Origin: a virus
Taxonomy: Duplodnaviria > Caudoviricetes
Reading direction: 5' to 3' (one strand)
Length of the DNA: 26,423 nt
Virus record (IMG/VR): IMGVR_UViG_3300038679_000059
Location: 1-26,423 of that record
The position numbers and the translations under genes were made by a program. Below are positions 16,723 through 25,151 of the stretch, in pieces; position 1 is the stretch's first letter, and the number at the start of each line of letters is the position of its first letter. The notes under the pieces were generated by a model. That model searched no databases. It had not been told where the DNA came from and was given only the letters and a program-made list of their open reading frames with translations.

Positions 16723-17616
16723 TTAATTTCCTTGGCGCATGGCCTGAATCTTGGCCACTTGCTTCTGGATGAGTTCGTTTTCGTTCCGGGGCTTCCCCGT
16801 GGGGGCTCCGGCCGGTGCGGCGCGCCCGGTAGTCACCCGGCGCAGCGTTCCCTTTGCCTTCATGCTTCTTACAGTCTCTTCGGCCCCTTTGGCCTTGGCC
16901 GCCTTCTCGACGGCCGGCTTCCCGGCCTTCAGGTCAGCTATCTCCTTCTGGAGCCGGGCGGTCTCCCGGGCGCTCTTAACACCCAGTACCGCAAGTGCCT
17001 TGGTGGTGGCCCAGGGATTGTCCTTGCGAAAAGCTGCAACCTCGGCCTCGGTGGGTTCATCACCCACAAAGTCCTTGAAGCTGGTTTCCGCCTTGGCCCC
17101 CTGTTCGCGCTGGGCAACCCGATAGTCAATGTAACGGCCAACCACGTCAGCGATGATCGGATCCGTGGCGATGGTGCGGAGCACCACGTCATGGAGCGCC
17201 GGGCCAATAGCCGCTGTCCCGCCCTGCTCACCTTCGAGCATGGCCTGGAAGTTGTCGCCCACTACGTCCCACTGCACCGGCTCGAAACCTGCAACTTCGG
17301 TTTCTGTCGGTGCTTCGACGGGCTTGGTCTCAACGGACTTCTCTTTCAGGGCCTTATTCTCGGCCTCTAGGGCATCAGCCCGCTCCTTTGCGTCCAGCAA
17401 GCCTTGAACAGCCTCAGCCTGCTCGGCTGATAGGCGCACAACCTTGCCATCGGGGGTCTCATACTCGTACTCGTCCCCCTCCGTTTCTGCCTCAGCGGGT
17501 TTTGTTTGGGACTCAGCCGCCAGCCGGTCCTCACGGTCTTGGTCCAGGGTAATGTCGTCGGGGGTTTCCAAACCCTCGGCGGCGCCGTCAAAAGGTTCGT
17601 CTTGAATCTCAGCCAT
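16723..17616 (-). CDS. capsid scaffolding protein
   Basis: Very acidic N-terminus, helical A/E/K-rich body, basic tail; between portal and capsid; AAGGAG RBS. Confidence 0.7.
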   Translation of the reverse strand: MAEIQDEPFDGAAEGLETPDDITLDQDREDRLAAESQTKPAEAETEGDEYEYETPDGKVVRLSAEQAEAVQGLLDAKERADALEAENKALKEKSVETKPVEAPTETEVAGFEPVQWDVVGDNFQAMLEGEQGGTAAIGPALHDVVLRTIATDPIIADVVGRYIDYRVAQREQGAKAETSFKDFVGDEPTEAEVAAFRKDNPWATTKALAVLGVKSARETARLQKEIADLKAGKPAVEKAAKAKGAEETVRSMKAKGTLRRVTTGRAAPAGAPTGKPRNENELIQKQVAKIQAMRQGN

Positions 17617-17645
17617 GATGCTTTTGCTCCTTAGTTTTTAGGGTT

Positions 17646-17685
17646 AAATAAAAAGAGGACCGTGGCTTTTTAAGCCGCGGTCCTC
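17646..17685 (-). terminator. intrinsic terminator upstream of scaffold/capsid
   Basis: Minus strand GAGGACCGCGGCTT-AAA-AAGCCACGGTCCTC followed by TTTTTATTT. Confidence 0.8.
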
Positions 17686-17727
17686 ATGGGACTCAATTCA
17701 AACTATGTCGCTTTCAACTATAGGTTA

Positions 17728-17976
17728 TTACTTATAAAATTTCTCCACTCCATTGAGCAGCATCTTGCCGGCAACGTGCTTGGGGGGACGCAGCATCACC
17801 TCTTTGCCGCCTTCTATCTTCCACATCCCCTGACAACGGCTGCAAATGATTTTCACGGCCGGCGGCGCCTGTGACTCGAATAATATCCTGCCGCAAGCCG
17901 GGCAATGAACTTCTTTATAGGCAGTCACCGTAAACTGGCCGTTCTCGTCCTTGCTTATGGAGGCGTTCTGGGTCAT
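17728..17976 (-). CDS. Mu Com-like zinc-ribbon regulator
   Basis: EVHCPACGRILF...VKIICSRC follows the Com pattern (C..C..LL...I.C.RC). Confidence 0.7.
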   Translation of the reverse strand: MTQNASISKDENGQFTVTAYKEVHCPACGRILFESQAPPAVKIICSRCQGMWKIEGGKEVMLRPPKHVAGKMLLNGVEKFYK

Positions 17977-18275
17977 ATTTCCGTTAAATTCTCACCCGTA
18001 TGGTGGTCTCTCAGGTTATGGTCCTTCAAATACTGCCGGTACTCCGTCCGGGTTTCAATGGGCTTGCCTCCAAACCGGGCCTCCTTGCGCTTCCGGGCAA
18101 AGTCGCTTAACCATGGAACGTCCTGGGCAGTGTCAACCTGGATGGCCGGGGCCACGATGATCTGGCGCATGATGCCGGAGCAAGCACAGGTTATCGCTTC
18201 GGGCCTCTCCGCAATTTTGCAAATATGCTCTATTGTGTGCTCGCAATCCCGGCACTGGTAGGTGTAAGTCGGCAT
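17973..18275 (-). CDS. FmdB-family zinc-ribbon protein
   Basis: Start moved to ATG 18275: MPTYTYQCRDC...CAC...MRQIIVAP. Confidence 0.8.
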   Translation of the reverse strand: MPTYTYQCRDCEHTIEHICKIAERPEAITCACSGIMRQIIVAPAIQVDTAQDVPWLSDFARKRKEARFGGKPIETRTEYRQYLKDHNLRDHHTGENLTEI

Positions 18276-18535
18276 CAATTCACCTTCAACCCCGGGGGCG
18301 GCGCCACGATGCGGCTTGGTTCGGCTTTGGCCAGTTTTTGACAAACAATCTGCTGGGCCGAAGCCAAGAGGTTTATGATCGCCGCTAATTGTGCAGGAGA
18401 ATCACCCTCGGGGCGGGCAACCTGAACCGTATTGTTGCTCATCACCGAAACCATGACTGTCACCACCGGGATAGGCTTCGCCTCTGCCGTTGCCGCCTGG
18501 TTCGCTTTCACTCTGTCCATAAATTCCTTACTCAT
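18275..18535 (-). CDS. hypothetical protein
   Basis: Start and stop overlap the portal and FmdB-like genes; GGAGG upstream. Confidence 0.7.
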   Translation of the reverse strand: MSKEFMDRVKANQAATAEAKPIPVVTVMVSVMSNNTVQVARPEGDSPAQLAAIINLLASAQQIVCQKLAKAEPSRIVAPPPGLKVN

Positions 18536-20568
18536 CCCTGGCCTCCCGCCACGTCCAGCGGATTACCGCTGCCAAAATTCTGATTAAACGTCTTGTCGTC
18601 CATCTTCATCAGGTTGTCGATGGTCTGCAACACCTCTTCAGGGATCAAGCCGCTCTGCTGGAGCTTCTGCATGGCCATGCCCAGGGGGCCAGCGTCCATC
18701 TGCGCCGCCACTTCGTCGGCGTTGGGGATTGACAACTCATTGAGCAAGACCTTATTCGGGAAGTTCGGCCTGCTCTTGGCCATTTCAAGGACCTGCTGTT
18801 GGCGCACTCCCCGGTTACGGGGGAGAGTGCTGCCGGCCTCCATGTGGAAAGCCAAGTCACCCTGGTAGTCAATGCCCCGGAACGCCAACATTTGCTCTGA
18901 ACCCTTGCCCTCATATCGCAAATATTCCTGATTGGTGTACCAATTCTGCCCCAGGGAGATGAACATCCGCCCCTGTTCTTCCAGGTAGGTGTCATTATTG
19001 CGTATTTTGATGCGATATGCAACCTGCGCTTTTTCTTGCAGTTCGGCGATGGCTACCCCGGCAGTCACACCCGTGGGGCGGCGGCCCTCCGACACCTCAG
19101 TAATACCCGTCACCATGTCCACCAGGCGGATGCAGAGTTCGATGAACGCCAGGAGGTCGTTGGGCGTCTGGGGCACCTCTAAGAACCTGATCTGCTGGGC
19201 CAGGCCTGCCACCGGCTCCCATATCCGGGCCGGAAGGTTGTTGGTCTGGCTGTTCTTGACCCCGCACCCCTGGGGCAAGATCAAGGGGTTGCGGCAGGTG
19301 CGCTCCAGGTGGACCCCGTACTGCGTGAGCTTCTTGCAAATCTCGATGACCAGCGTCTCGATCTGCTCGAACACACAAAGGCCGTACTCGGAAATATCGT
19401 CGGAATAAGACAAACGCTTGATGAAGGGGAATTTGTCCCACAAATAGGACTGAGAGGTCATCTCCCGGGGCAGGTCGGGGTTGATGCTGGGGTTCGGCAC
19501 GTCCTCCAGGACATAATCGCCATTCTTACCAGCAACGTAGATGCACCGGATGAAACCGGGGTACTTCGACCATTCCTCCGGCTCGATGCGCTGCCGGGAC
19601 TGGACGAGGGCGGGTTGGCCGTCCTCAGTGAACACCGGCAGGCCGGTGGCATCGTCTATCATGGGCTCCATGACCGGCTGCCCGGTCTCGGGGTCAACCG
19701 TATCCTCCCACAGCTCGGCAGTCTTCTTACACGGCTCGCCGGTCCTGGGGTCAACCCAGTGCATCGTGTAGTCCTTGATCCACATCTGGATGACCAAGGC
19801 GCGTTGGGTGCCGCCCCGGGCCTCAGCGCCCGTTCCCTCCTCGCCGGGAATGACGTACCCGGTGGCCGACCCCATGGGGCGCAAGTTCCTGGACCGATTG
19901 CCCCGGACCCAAGCCCGTTCTTCACCCATGTCAGAGAAATCCGGGTCGGCCTTAACCTTATCCTCGGCCTCTGGCCAACGGTCGTAAATCTCGCCCAATT
20001 CCATGGCCTCATAGATACAAAGCCCCGGGGCGGTCTGGATGTCAACATGTCCCGGCCAGGATAAATAACTGTACGTCCCCAGGCGATGGGTTTCGATCTC
20101 GCCCAAGCCGCCTTCCAGGTCCGGGTTGAACCTCATGTGGTCAGTCTGGTAGCCGTAGAGTTCCGTCAGGCCCACGGACTCCTGGAGGCATCTCTGCTGC
20201 TGCCTCGCCTCCCACCAGGAGTCATACCGGGCCTGCCAGGCATCGGCAATGCCGTCCGGGGTCTGGCCGTTGGGCATGATCGAAGCCTTGGGCTTGGAGT
20301 CGGTGAGGTTGGCTTTGAGGGAGTTGTGAATCTTGAAGAACAGGTTGGCGATGGTCTGAGACAGCTTCGACCGTACCTTGAAAATACGCCCCCGCAGAAG
20401 TTCATGGTTGTGCTGCCAAAGTTCCACGAGGCCCTGGCGGTCACGGTGGCGCCGCATGGTCTGGTAACGCTCGTAGACCCACGGCCCCACGCCGGGGGAC
20501 CCCTCGGGCGGCGGCTGGAGCTTCCAGTCCGGCCAGACTTTGCCGTCTTTGGTGAGGATGCGGCTCAC
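18532..20568 (-). CDS. portal protein (P22-like, long podovirus type)
   Basis: 678 aa downstream of terminase; VTGITEVSEGRRPTGVTAGVAIAELQE, EAGSTLP and FPF motifs; DPxTG insert. Confidence 0.85.
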   Translation of the reverse strand: MSRILTKDGKVWPDWKLQPPPEGSPGVGPWVYERYQTMRRHRDRQGLVELWQHNHELLRGRIFKVRSKLSQTIANLFFKIHNSLKANLTDSKPKASIMPNGQTPDGIADAWQARYDSWWEARQQQRCLQESVGLTELYGYQTDHMRFNPDLEGGLGEIETHRLGTYSYLSWPGHVDIQTAPGLCIYEAMELGEIYDRWPEAEDKVKADPDFSDMGEERAWVRGNRSRNLRPMGSATGYVIPGEEGTGAEARGGTQRALVIQMWIKDYTMHWVDPRTGEPCKKTAELWEDTVDPETGQPVMEPMIDDATGLPVFTEDGQPALVQSRQRIEPEEWSKYPGFIRCIYVAGKNGDYVLEDVPNPSINPDLPREMTSQSYLWDKFPFIKRLSYSDDISEYGLCVFEQIETLVIEICKKLTQYGVHLERTCRNPLILPQGCGVKNSQTNNLPARIWEPVAGLAQQIRFLEVPQTPNDLLAFIELCIRLVDMVTGITEVSEGRRPTGVTAGVAIAELQEKAQVAYRIKIRNNDTYLEEQGRMFISLGQNWYTNQEYLRYEGKGSEQMLAFRGIDYQGDLAFHMEAGSTLPRNRGVRQQQVLEMAKSRPNFPNKVLLNELSIPNADEVAAQMDAGPLGMAMQKLQQSGLIPEEVLQTIDNLMKMDDKTFNQNFGSGNPLDVAGGQG

Positions 20569-20918
20569 TCGTGATTAGTGGGGCTCAATGGCTCTCTCTC
20601 CCTATAAAGTCCCTTACCACCCATTGAACGAATCAAGGGGGTGAGATTTCTAAAACCCGCATCAGCTAACTGTGCATCCTCAAACCTTTCTTGAGGTAAA
20701 ATTAACAAGTGCTCTTGATTAAAAGTTTCTGAATCAACAAATTTGGGAAATTCGTATGTTTTTGCAATATACTCTTGTATGTTACCAAGAGCGGTAGAAG
20801 GATCGGGTCCATTGAATTGGATTAAAATATCCCAATCAACCTCTCTCAGGATGGGATCGTGGCTAGTGGGGCTCAATGGCTCTCTCTCCATTTTCCCTGC
20901 TTGTTCAGTGTCGTTCAT
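20565..20918 (-). CDS. hypothetical protein with repeated terminal peptide
   Basis: Start moved to ATG 20918 (ATGA overlap); EREPLSPT[SN]H near both ends; AT-rich core. Confidence 0.6.
   Translation of the reverse strand: MNDTEQAGKMEREPLSPTSHDPILREVDWDILIQFNGPDPSTALGNIQEYIAKTYEFPKFVDSETFNQEHLLILPQERFEDAQLADAGFRNLTPLIRSMGGKGLYREREPLSPTNHE
20569..20889. repeat. 33-bp direct repeat pair (2 mismatches), 288 bp apart
   Basis: tcgtg-NN-tagtggggctcaatggctctctctcc at 20569-20601 and 20857-20889. Confidence 0.9.
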
Positions 20919-21091
20919 TCTTTCCCCGGCTCCCATAAATGGCCACATTCAGAAAAGTGGTATCGCCTATCTTCGGTGTTATATCTGTACCCGAAGTTTT
21001 TTTGTCCACAAACAGGACAAATGGTGCCATCTTGGTCACTCGGTTCCCAAAACTCACGGGTTAATTCCTCAATCTCTTGCAAAGTAGGCAT
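20915..21091 (-). CDS. 58-aa degenerate Zn-ribbon protein (not in ORF track)
   Basis: MPTLQEIEELTREFWEPSDQDGTICPVCGQKNFGYRYNTEDRRYHFSECGHLWEPGKE; fills the gap between its neighbours. Confidence 0.7.
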   Translation of the reverse strand: MPTLQEIEELTREFWEPSDQDGTICPVCGQKNFGYRYNTEDRRYHFSECGHLWEPGKE

Positions 21092-21092
21092 C

Positions 21093-21665
21093 TTACCCCG
21101 TCTTGCAAACCCTGGCGCCGGCCTTGCCCTTCTCGCCGCGCATGGTCTTCTTCTGGCCCATGGGCCGCAGGCCGCTATTGGGAATAATCATGCCATCTTG
21201 CCCCGGCTTAAATATCTCTGGGCCATCCTCTCCTACCAGGTACGGTTTTGCTTTCTTTACAGGGCCGCCTTTGCGGCGTTCGTCAGGTAATTCTTTCGTT
21301 TTGTTCATGCCCCTGATTACTGAAATTTTAGGGACCATATCTTCGCTTATTTCAGGGGGCGCCATATCTGCTGCCTTATATTTGTCAGCATTGGCCTCAT
21401 AATCTGCTCTGGATATAAACTTTTCCGGCCCCTTCTCGCCCACCAAATATTTTTCATCCTTTTTTACCGTGCCACCATCCGCCCGCCTCATCATCCGCTT
21501 CTGGCCCATAGGCCGCAGGTTCGGATTGCCCCGCATGGCGTTCAACTGCTCCATGACCATGGGGTCCATAGGCTCGGTCATGACTGGTGCGGCTTTCTTC
21601 TTGGTTTTCATTTTCTTCCCCCAATATTCTTTGGTGGTTGCCGGAATCTCGTCGAGCTTCATCAC
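21093..21665 (-). CDS. basic protein with two tape-measure-like GGxV...YLVGExGPE motifs
   Basis: RADGGTVKKDEKYLVGEKGPEKF and RKGGPVKKAKPYLVGEDGPEIFKPGQDGMIIPN; LRPMGQK twice. Confidence 0.7.
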   Translation of the reverse strand: MMKLDEIPATTKEYWGKKMKTKKKAAPVMTEPMDPMVMEQLNAMRGNPNLRPMGQKRMMRRADGGTVKKDEKYLVGEKGPEKFISRADYEANADKYKAADMAPPEISEDMVPKISVIRGMNKTKELPDERRKGGPVKKAKPYLVGEDGPEIFKPGQDGMIIPNSGLRPMGQKKTMRGEKGKAGARVCKTG

Positions 21666-22387
21666 ATCACCGGGGGCGCATACCCCTCACCAGGGCGCAG
21701 TTCCGGCTCCGGCCGGCCAGAGGCTCGACGTTCACGGTCGCGCTCCAGGTCCTTGAGATCATCGGTGGTCGGTGTTTCGTCCCTATCCGGCCCCGATGAC
21801 ACCCGGGCCTCCATGGTGGCCAGGTGGGGGTCGGGCATCTGGGTTTTGGCGATAGCTTCATGGTGATGGGCTATCTCAGCCTCAATCTTTTCTCCGAACG
21901 CCTCAACCAACCCCGCCGTACACCCCTTCTTATGAAACCGCTTCTTGGCCCCGCAGGAGGGGCAGGGGAAGACCGGTTTTTGCGCCAGGATGTCGAAGTT
22001 CTCTCCGTTCTCTGACGCCAGGGGTGCCGGTTCCCTGAAAGCGTTATGGGTGTAGTCAGGGCTGGGATTTTCACCCGGGTTCCCGGCTGTCACGGTCCCG
22101 ACATAATTAATCAAAATCTCTTTAACCGTCATCACTACTGGCTTGCCGTCCGCACCCCGCACGTTCAGGGCCTTGCCCACCGCATTCCCCCCGGCGACGT
22201 TGGGATCATGGTTGAAGGGGAACATTTGACAGGCTGGGCAAAATACGTCGAGGTTGAGCGGGCCCGGGCGCAAATACCAACCGGGGTAGATCGGAGAAAA
22301 CATCTCGCCGGTCAAGGGCCAGTCGATCCGGTCCACGTCGGTGTTTGCGATGTGCGTTGAGCAGGAGTAGCAGAGGACTTGAATCAT
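21662..22387 (-). CDS. Cys-rich Zn-binding hypothetical protein
   Basis: Start moved to ATG 22387 (ATGA overlap); CYSC, CPAC, CPSC...H...C. Confidence 0.65.
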   Translation of the reverse strand: MIQVLCYSCSTHIANTDVDRIDWPLTGEMFSPIYPGWYLRPGPLNLDVFCPACQMFPFNHDPNVAGGNAVGKALNVRGADGKPVVMTVKEILINYVGTVTAGNPGENPSPDYTHNAFREPAPLASENGENFDILAQKPVFPCPSCGAKKRFHKKGCTAGLVEAFGEKIEAEIAHHHEAIAKTQMPDPHLATMEARVSSGPDRDETPTTDDLKDLERDRERRASGRPEPELRPGEGYAPPVM

Positions 22388-22602
22388 TTCTTCCCCTTCT
22401 CCGCTGCCAGCCACTTCACCGGCCACACCTCAGTTGAACAATCGGCGCACAGCACCCGCTTCTTGAAGCTGGCCGCAAAGTTCGGCATGGCGTTCTTGGG
22501 CTGCTGGCTCTCCCACATCTCGTAAATGTCCTGGATCACCATCCTGGCGCTGCCACACTTGGGGCAAAGCACGGGTTTACGCTCAAAATTCGGGTCTGCC
22601 AC
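22384..22602 (-). CDS. small Zn-ribbon protein
   Basis: CPKC...CADC; GAGGAGG RBS before GTG. Confidence 0.7.
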   Translation of the reverse strand: MADPNFERKPVLCPKCGSARMVIQDIYEMWESQQPKNAMPNFAASFKKRVLCADCSTEVWPVKWLAAEKGKK

Positions 22603-23006
22603 TATTCCTCCTCGGCGGGCGGTATCCCGCCGCCCTCTTTTATAGCCTGAGCCATGACCTCGGCGGTCACGTCCGGTTCGCCCCGGGGTTCACGATACGT
22701 CTGAAGCCCATGCCGGGACAAAATCGCCTCCCGGGCTACCGGGTCCAGGCGCCACAGCGACCCCATGTCCAGGACGCCGGCGCTAAAATCTTCCTCACCT
22801 ACCGGCTCATCCAGGCCCGCCACGAGGGACCCCTGGGGCATGGGTGCCGGCTGCGTCACCACCCGGAACATCTCCACCGCCTGACTGAAACCGAAATGCA
22901 CCGCCGCCAGGAGATCGGAGGCCACCGGCGAGACTGTCAGAGGCAGGCCGTTGATAATTGTGGCCTGAGATGAGTCGGCGAAGGTGATTTTGGGGTCTGA
23001 CATCAC
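22602..23006 (-). CDS. hypothetical protein
   Basis: GGAG RBS; abuts the next gene. Confidence 0.65.
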   Translation of the reverse strand: MMSDPKITFADSSQATIINGLPLTVSPVASDLLAAVHFGFSQAVEMFRVVTQPAPMPQGSLVAGLDEPVGEEDFSAGVLDMGSLWRLDPVAREAILSRHGLQTYREPRGEPDVTAEVMAQAIKEGGGIPPAEEE

Positions 23007-23018
23007 AACTCCATCAAG

Positions 23019-23162
23019 TTAAACACAATCTTTATAAAACCAATGATAGCCAGCATATATCCCAATTCCCACGACCAGAGCTATGAACACAGACTCAAAT
23101 AGCATAGCAGATAAAACTCCTGCTGTAATTCCAAGTCCTAAAATAGCTGAACTCTTGCTCAC
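23019..23162 (-). CDS. 47-aa hydrophobic membrane microprotein (not in ORF track)
   Basis: GTG start overlaps the terminase stop; MSKSSAILGLGITAGVLSAMLFESVFIALVVGIGIYAGYHWFYKDCV. Confidence 0.6.
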   Translation of the reverse strand: MSKSSAILGLGITAGVLSAMLFESVFIALVVGIGIYAGYHWFYKDCV

Positions 23163-24727
23163 CACTTCTCTCCCTCAAAAAAACCTTCCCCGGTCTCCGG
23201 CGACAGCTCCCAGGGCAGGACATCGGGCGTAAATCTCTGCTCGGCGGCTTCGATGATGCGCTGCGGGCCGGTCTTGGGGACCTCTGGCGTCCAAGCTGAC
23301 AACGGGCGAGCCATGCAGAGAAAACAGGCTTCATCGTACTGATGATCCTCGCCGTCGCTGTCGATATCTTCTGGCCGGTTTTTGTCCATGACCAGCGAGC
23401 CAACCGTGCGGAAGAAATCCTTACAGGACTTGTAAATCAGCATCATAGGGCGCTCGCCGTCCCGAGCCCGCAGGCGTTCACGGAACTGTCTAATCCGCAA
23501 CACCCGGTCGGGGTCGCCCGGCATCAAATAGATTCCGTACTGGGCGAATACCTCAGCCGTCGATGGCCCCTGACCACCACCCTTGTAGTCCGGCCTCTTG
23601 GCAAAGCAATCCGGGCCCGCATACCTGATTACCTGCCGGTCCCACGACACCGAGCGGTAGTCCCCGGAGGTAGAAAAATGCGCCAACCCAAGTTTGACTT
23701 CCCGGTCAATGATGCCTTCAGCTACCTCAGAGTCGCCCAAACGTAGACCCTGATCCGGCCCCGAGGCGCCATACCACTCATTGAACCTCAAGGCCCGGCC
23801 ATCGTTGTCTGTCCACCACCACCCAAGGCTGAACGGTTTGCCAAAACCCCAGTCATAAGTCATGTAGAGCGGGGAATTTATAGGGATAGGCCAGATAGGG
23901 TCTATGCCATGCACCGCAACTGACAACTCAGGGAAAGCCTGCCCCACAAATATGTCCCAGGACCCATCACGGAAGGCAGCCCGTAGGCTTTCGGGAAGGG
24001 TGTGTAACATGGCCCAGTAAGCGTCATCCAAATGAGGGTTGTCGTCGGCCTTAGACGGCACAAACGCAAATGTGGGGCGATAATCTCTCGGAGTTATCCA
24101 CTCGGGGCCAAAAACTTGATCAATCCAGAACTGTTTTACCCACCCGTGGCCTTTTCCGCCAGGGTTGGTGCCGCCCACAAACTGGCAGTCCATATCATCG
24201 AGCCCAGGCCACCGGAGTCGCATCCTGAGTTGGGTAAACGTATCATAATCGTTCTTGGTAAGCTCGTCCACCATGATCAAAACGAACTCGGCCGACTGAT
24301 ACTTGCTGGGGTCGTCCAGGTTACGGAAACAAAGGACGCCGGAGCCAAAATCGGGGTTCAAAATAAAGCATCGGCCATATTCCTTATGGTCCTGGTGCAT
24401 TTGTCCCAACTCTTGCAGAAATTCTCTTGGTATTTTTGATAGTTGCCGATCTTTTAAGGTTGGGTAGTCTTCGCAAGCCAACATGGCGGTACAATTTTTG
24501 TATCCCATCTCGGCCAGGCGCATGAGGCGTCGGATACCGTACCAGCGGAGGAAATAAGACTTCCCGCCTCCCAGGGCGCCGCCGTAGAGCAGAAACTTTG
24601 TTTGGCCAGAATCGAGCAACTTCACCGCTTCAATCTGGCGAGGCGTGAACTTGGCGAGGTCTCGGTCAAATTTCAGGTCGGGCACTATATCTTTCCAAAA
24701 AGATCCGTAACGGGTTCTCGCCGCCAC
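23159..24727 (-). CDS. terL: terminase large subunit (exact start uncertain)
   Basis: Walker A LYGGALGGGKS, Walker B IMVDELT, motif III GTNPGG, nuclease YDWG and DHQYDE. Confidence 0.95.
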   Translation of the reverse strand: MAARTRYGSFWKDIVPDLKFDRDLAKFTPRQIEAVKLLDSGQTKFLLYGGALGGGKSYFLRWYGIRRLMRLAEMGYKNCTAMLACEDYPTLKDRQLSKIPREFLQELGQMHQDHKEYGRCFILNPDFGSGVLCFRNLDDPSKYQSAEFVLIMVDELTKNDYDTFTQLRMRLRWPGLDDMDCQFVGGTNPGGKGHGWVKQFWIDQVFGPEWITPRDYRPTFAFVPSKADDNPHLDDAYWAMLHTLPESLRAAFRDGSWDIFVGQAFPELSVAVHGIDPIWPIPINSPLYMTYDWGFGKPFSLGWWWTDNDGRALRFNEWYGASGPDQGLRLGDSEVAEGIIDREVKLGLAHFSTSGDYRSVSWDRQVIRYAGPDCFAKRPDYKGGGQGPSTAEVFAQYGIYLMPGDPDRVLRIRQFRERLRARDGERPMMLIYKSCKDFFRTVGSLVMDKNRPEDIDSDGEDHQYDEACFLCMARPLSAWTPEVPKTGPQRIIEAAEQRFTPDVLPWELSPETGEGFFEGEKW

Positions 24728-24965
24728 TCAGGTTTAGGTTGTCAGGGAAAATCTTTTTAATAAGACCATTTAAAACAGCAATATCGGGATCATCACAAAG
24801 AACAAGGTCAAGGGCTTTCTGGACGATAGCAGGAGCATGGCACTTAAGAAGTTCCATGGCATCCTTACGGGCTGGGTCCACGGGACGCCCAGCAGGATTG
24901 CCGGATTGCCCCGGTTTCCATGCTTTTGGAGGGGCCTTTCTGATTTTTTTCTGTTTTTCAGTCAA
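24666..24965 (-). CDS. putative terminase small subunit (DUF5681-like motif)
   Basis: WKPGQSGNPAGRP; directly upstream of terL; TTG start at 24965 with AAGGAG RBS preferred over 25067. Confidence 0.7.
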   Translation of the reverse strand: MTEKQKKIRKAPPKAWKPGQSGNPAGRPVDPARKDAMELLKCHAPAIVQKALDLVLCDDPDIAVLNGLIKKIFPDNLNLSGGENPLRIFLERYSARPEI

Positions 24966-24984
24966 CTTAACTCCTTGTTTACTC

Positions 24985-25026
24985 TTTAAAAATCCGGGGA
25001 CCGCCTCCCCATGAAACGGCCCCCGG
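24985..25026 (-). terminator. terminator-like hairpin in the leader of the late operon
   Basis: Minus strand CCGGGGGCCG-13nt-CGGTCCCCGG then ATTTTT. Confidence 0.5.
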
Positions 25027-25116
25027 CACTGCCGAGAGGAGGAAGGATACGCTTTCAATAGATACACACAAAAAGCAAAAAAGCAAGAAAAATAATTAAC
25101 ATGGATGATTTTTCTC

Positions 25117-25145
25117 TTGACAACTGCAACTTCTATGATTATGAT
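25117..25145 (+). promoter_or_regulatory. near-consensus sigma70 promoter
   Basis: TTGACA (25117-25122), 17 nt spacer, TATGAT (25140-25145); A-rich upstream tract. Confidence 0.8.
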
Positions 25146-25151
25146 AATCTC

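Noticed and set aside
15799-17370. 523-aa plus-strand ORF
   Set aside because: Antisense to the capsid and scaffold genes; explained by GC-rich codon bias, with no recognisable motifs.
19640-19760. DPxTG repeats in the portal as an intein or mobile insert
   Set aside because: No intein splice motifs; such low-complexity loops are common in this type of portal.
19309-20574. Several plus-strand ORFs over the portal gene, and similar ones over the GT and nozzle genes
   Set aside because: Antisense or alternate-frame shadows of well-supported minus-strand genes.
24666-24727. Programmed frameshift fusing small and large terminase
   Set aside because: The overlap is explained by an uncertain terL start; no convincing slippery site with a downstream structure.
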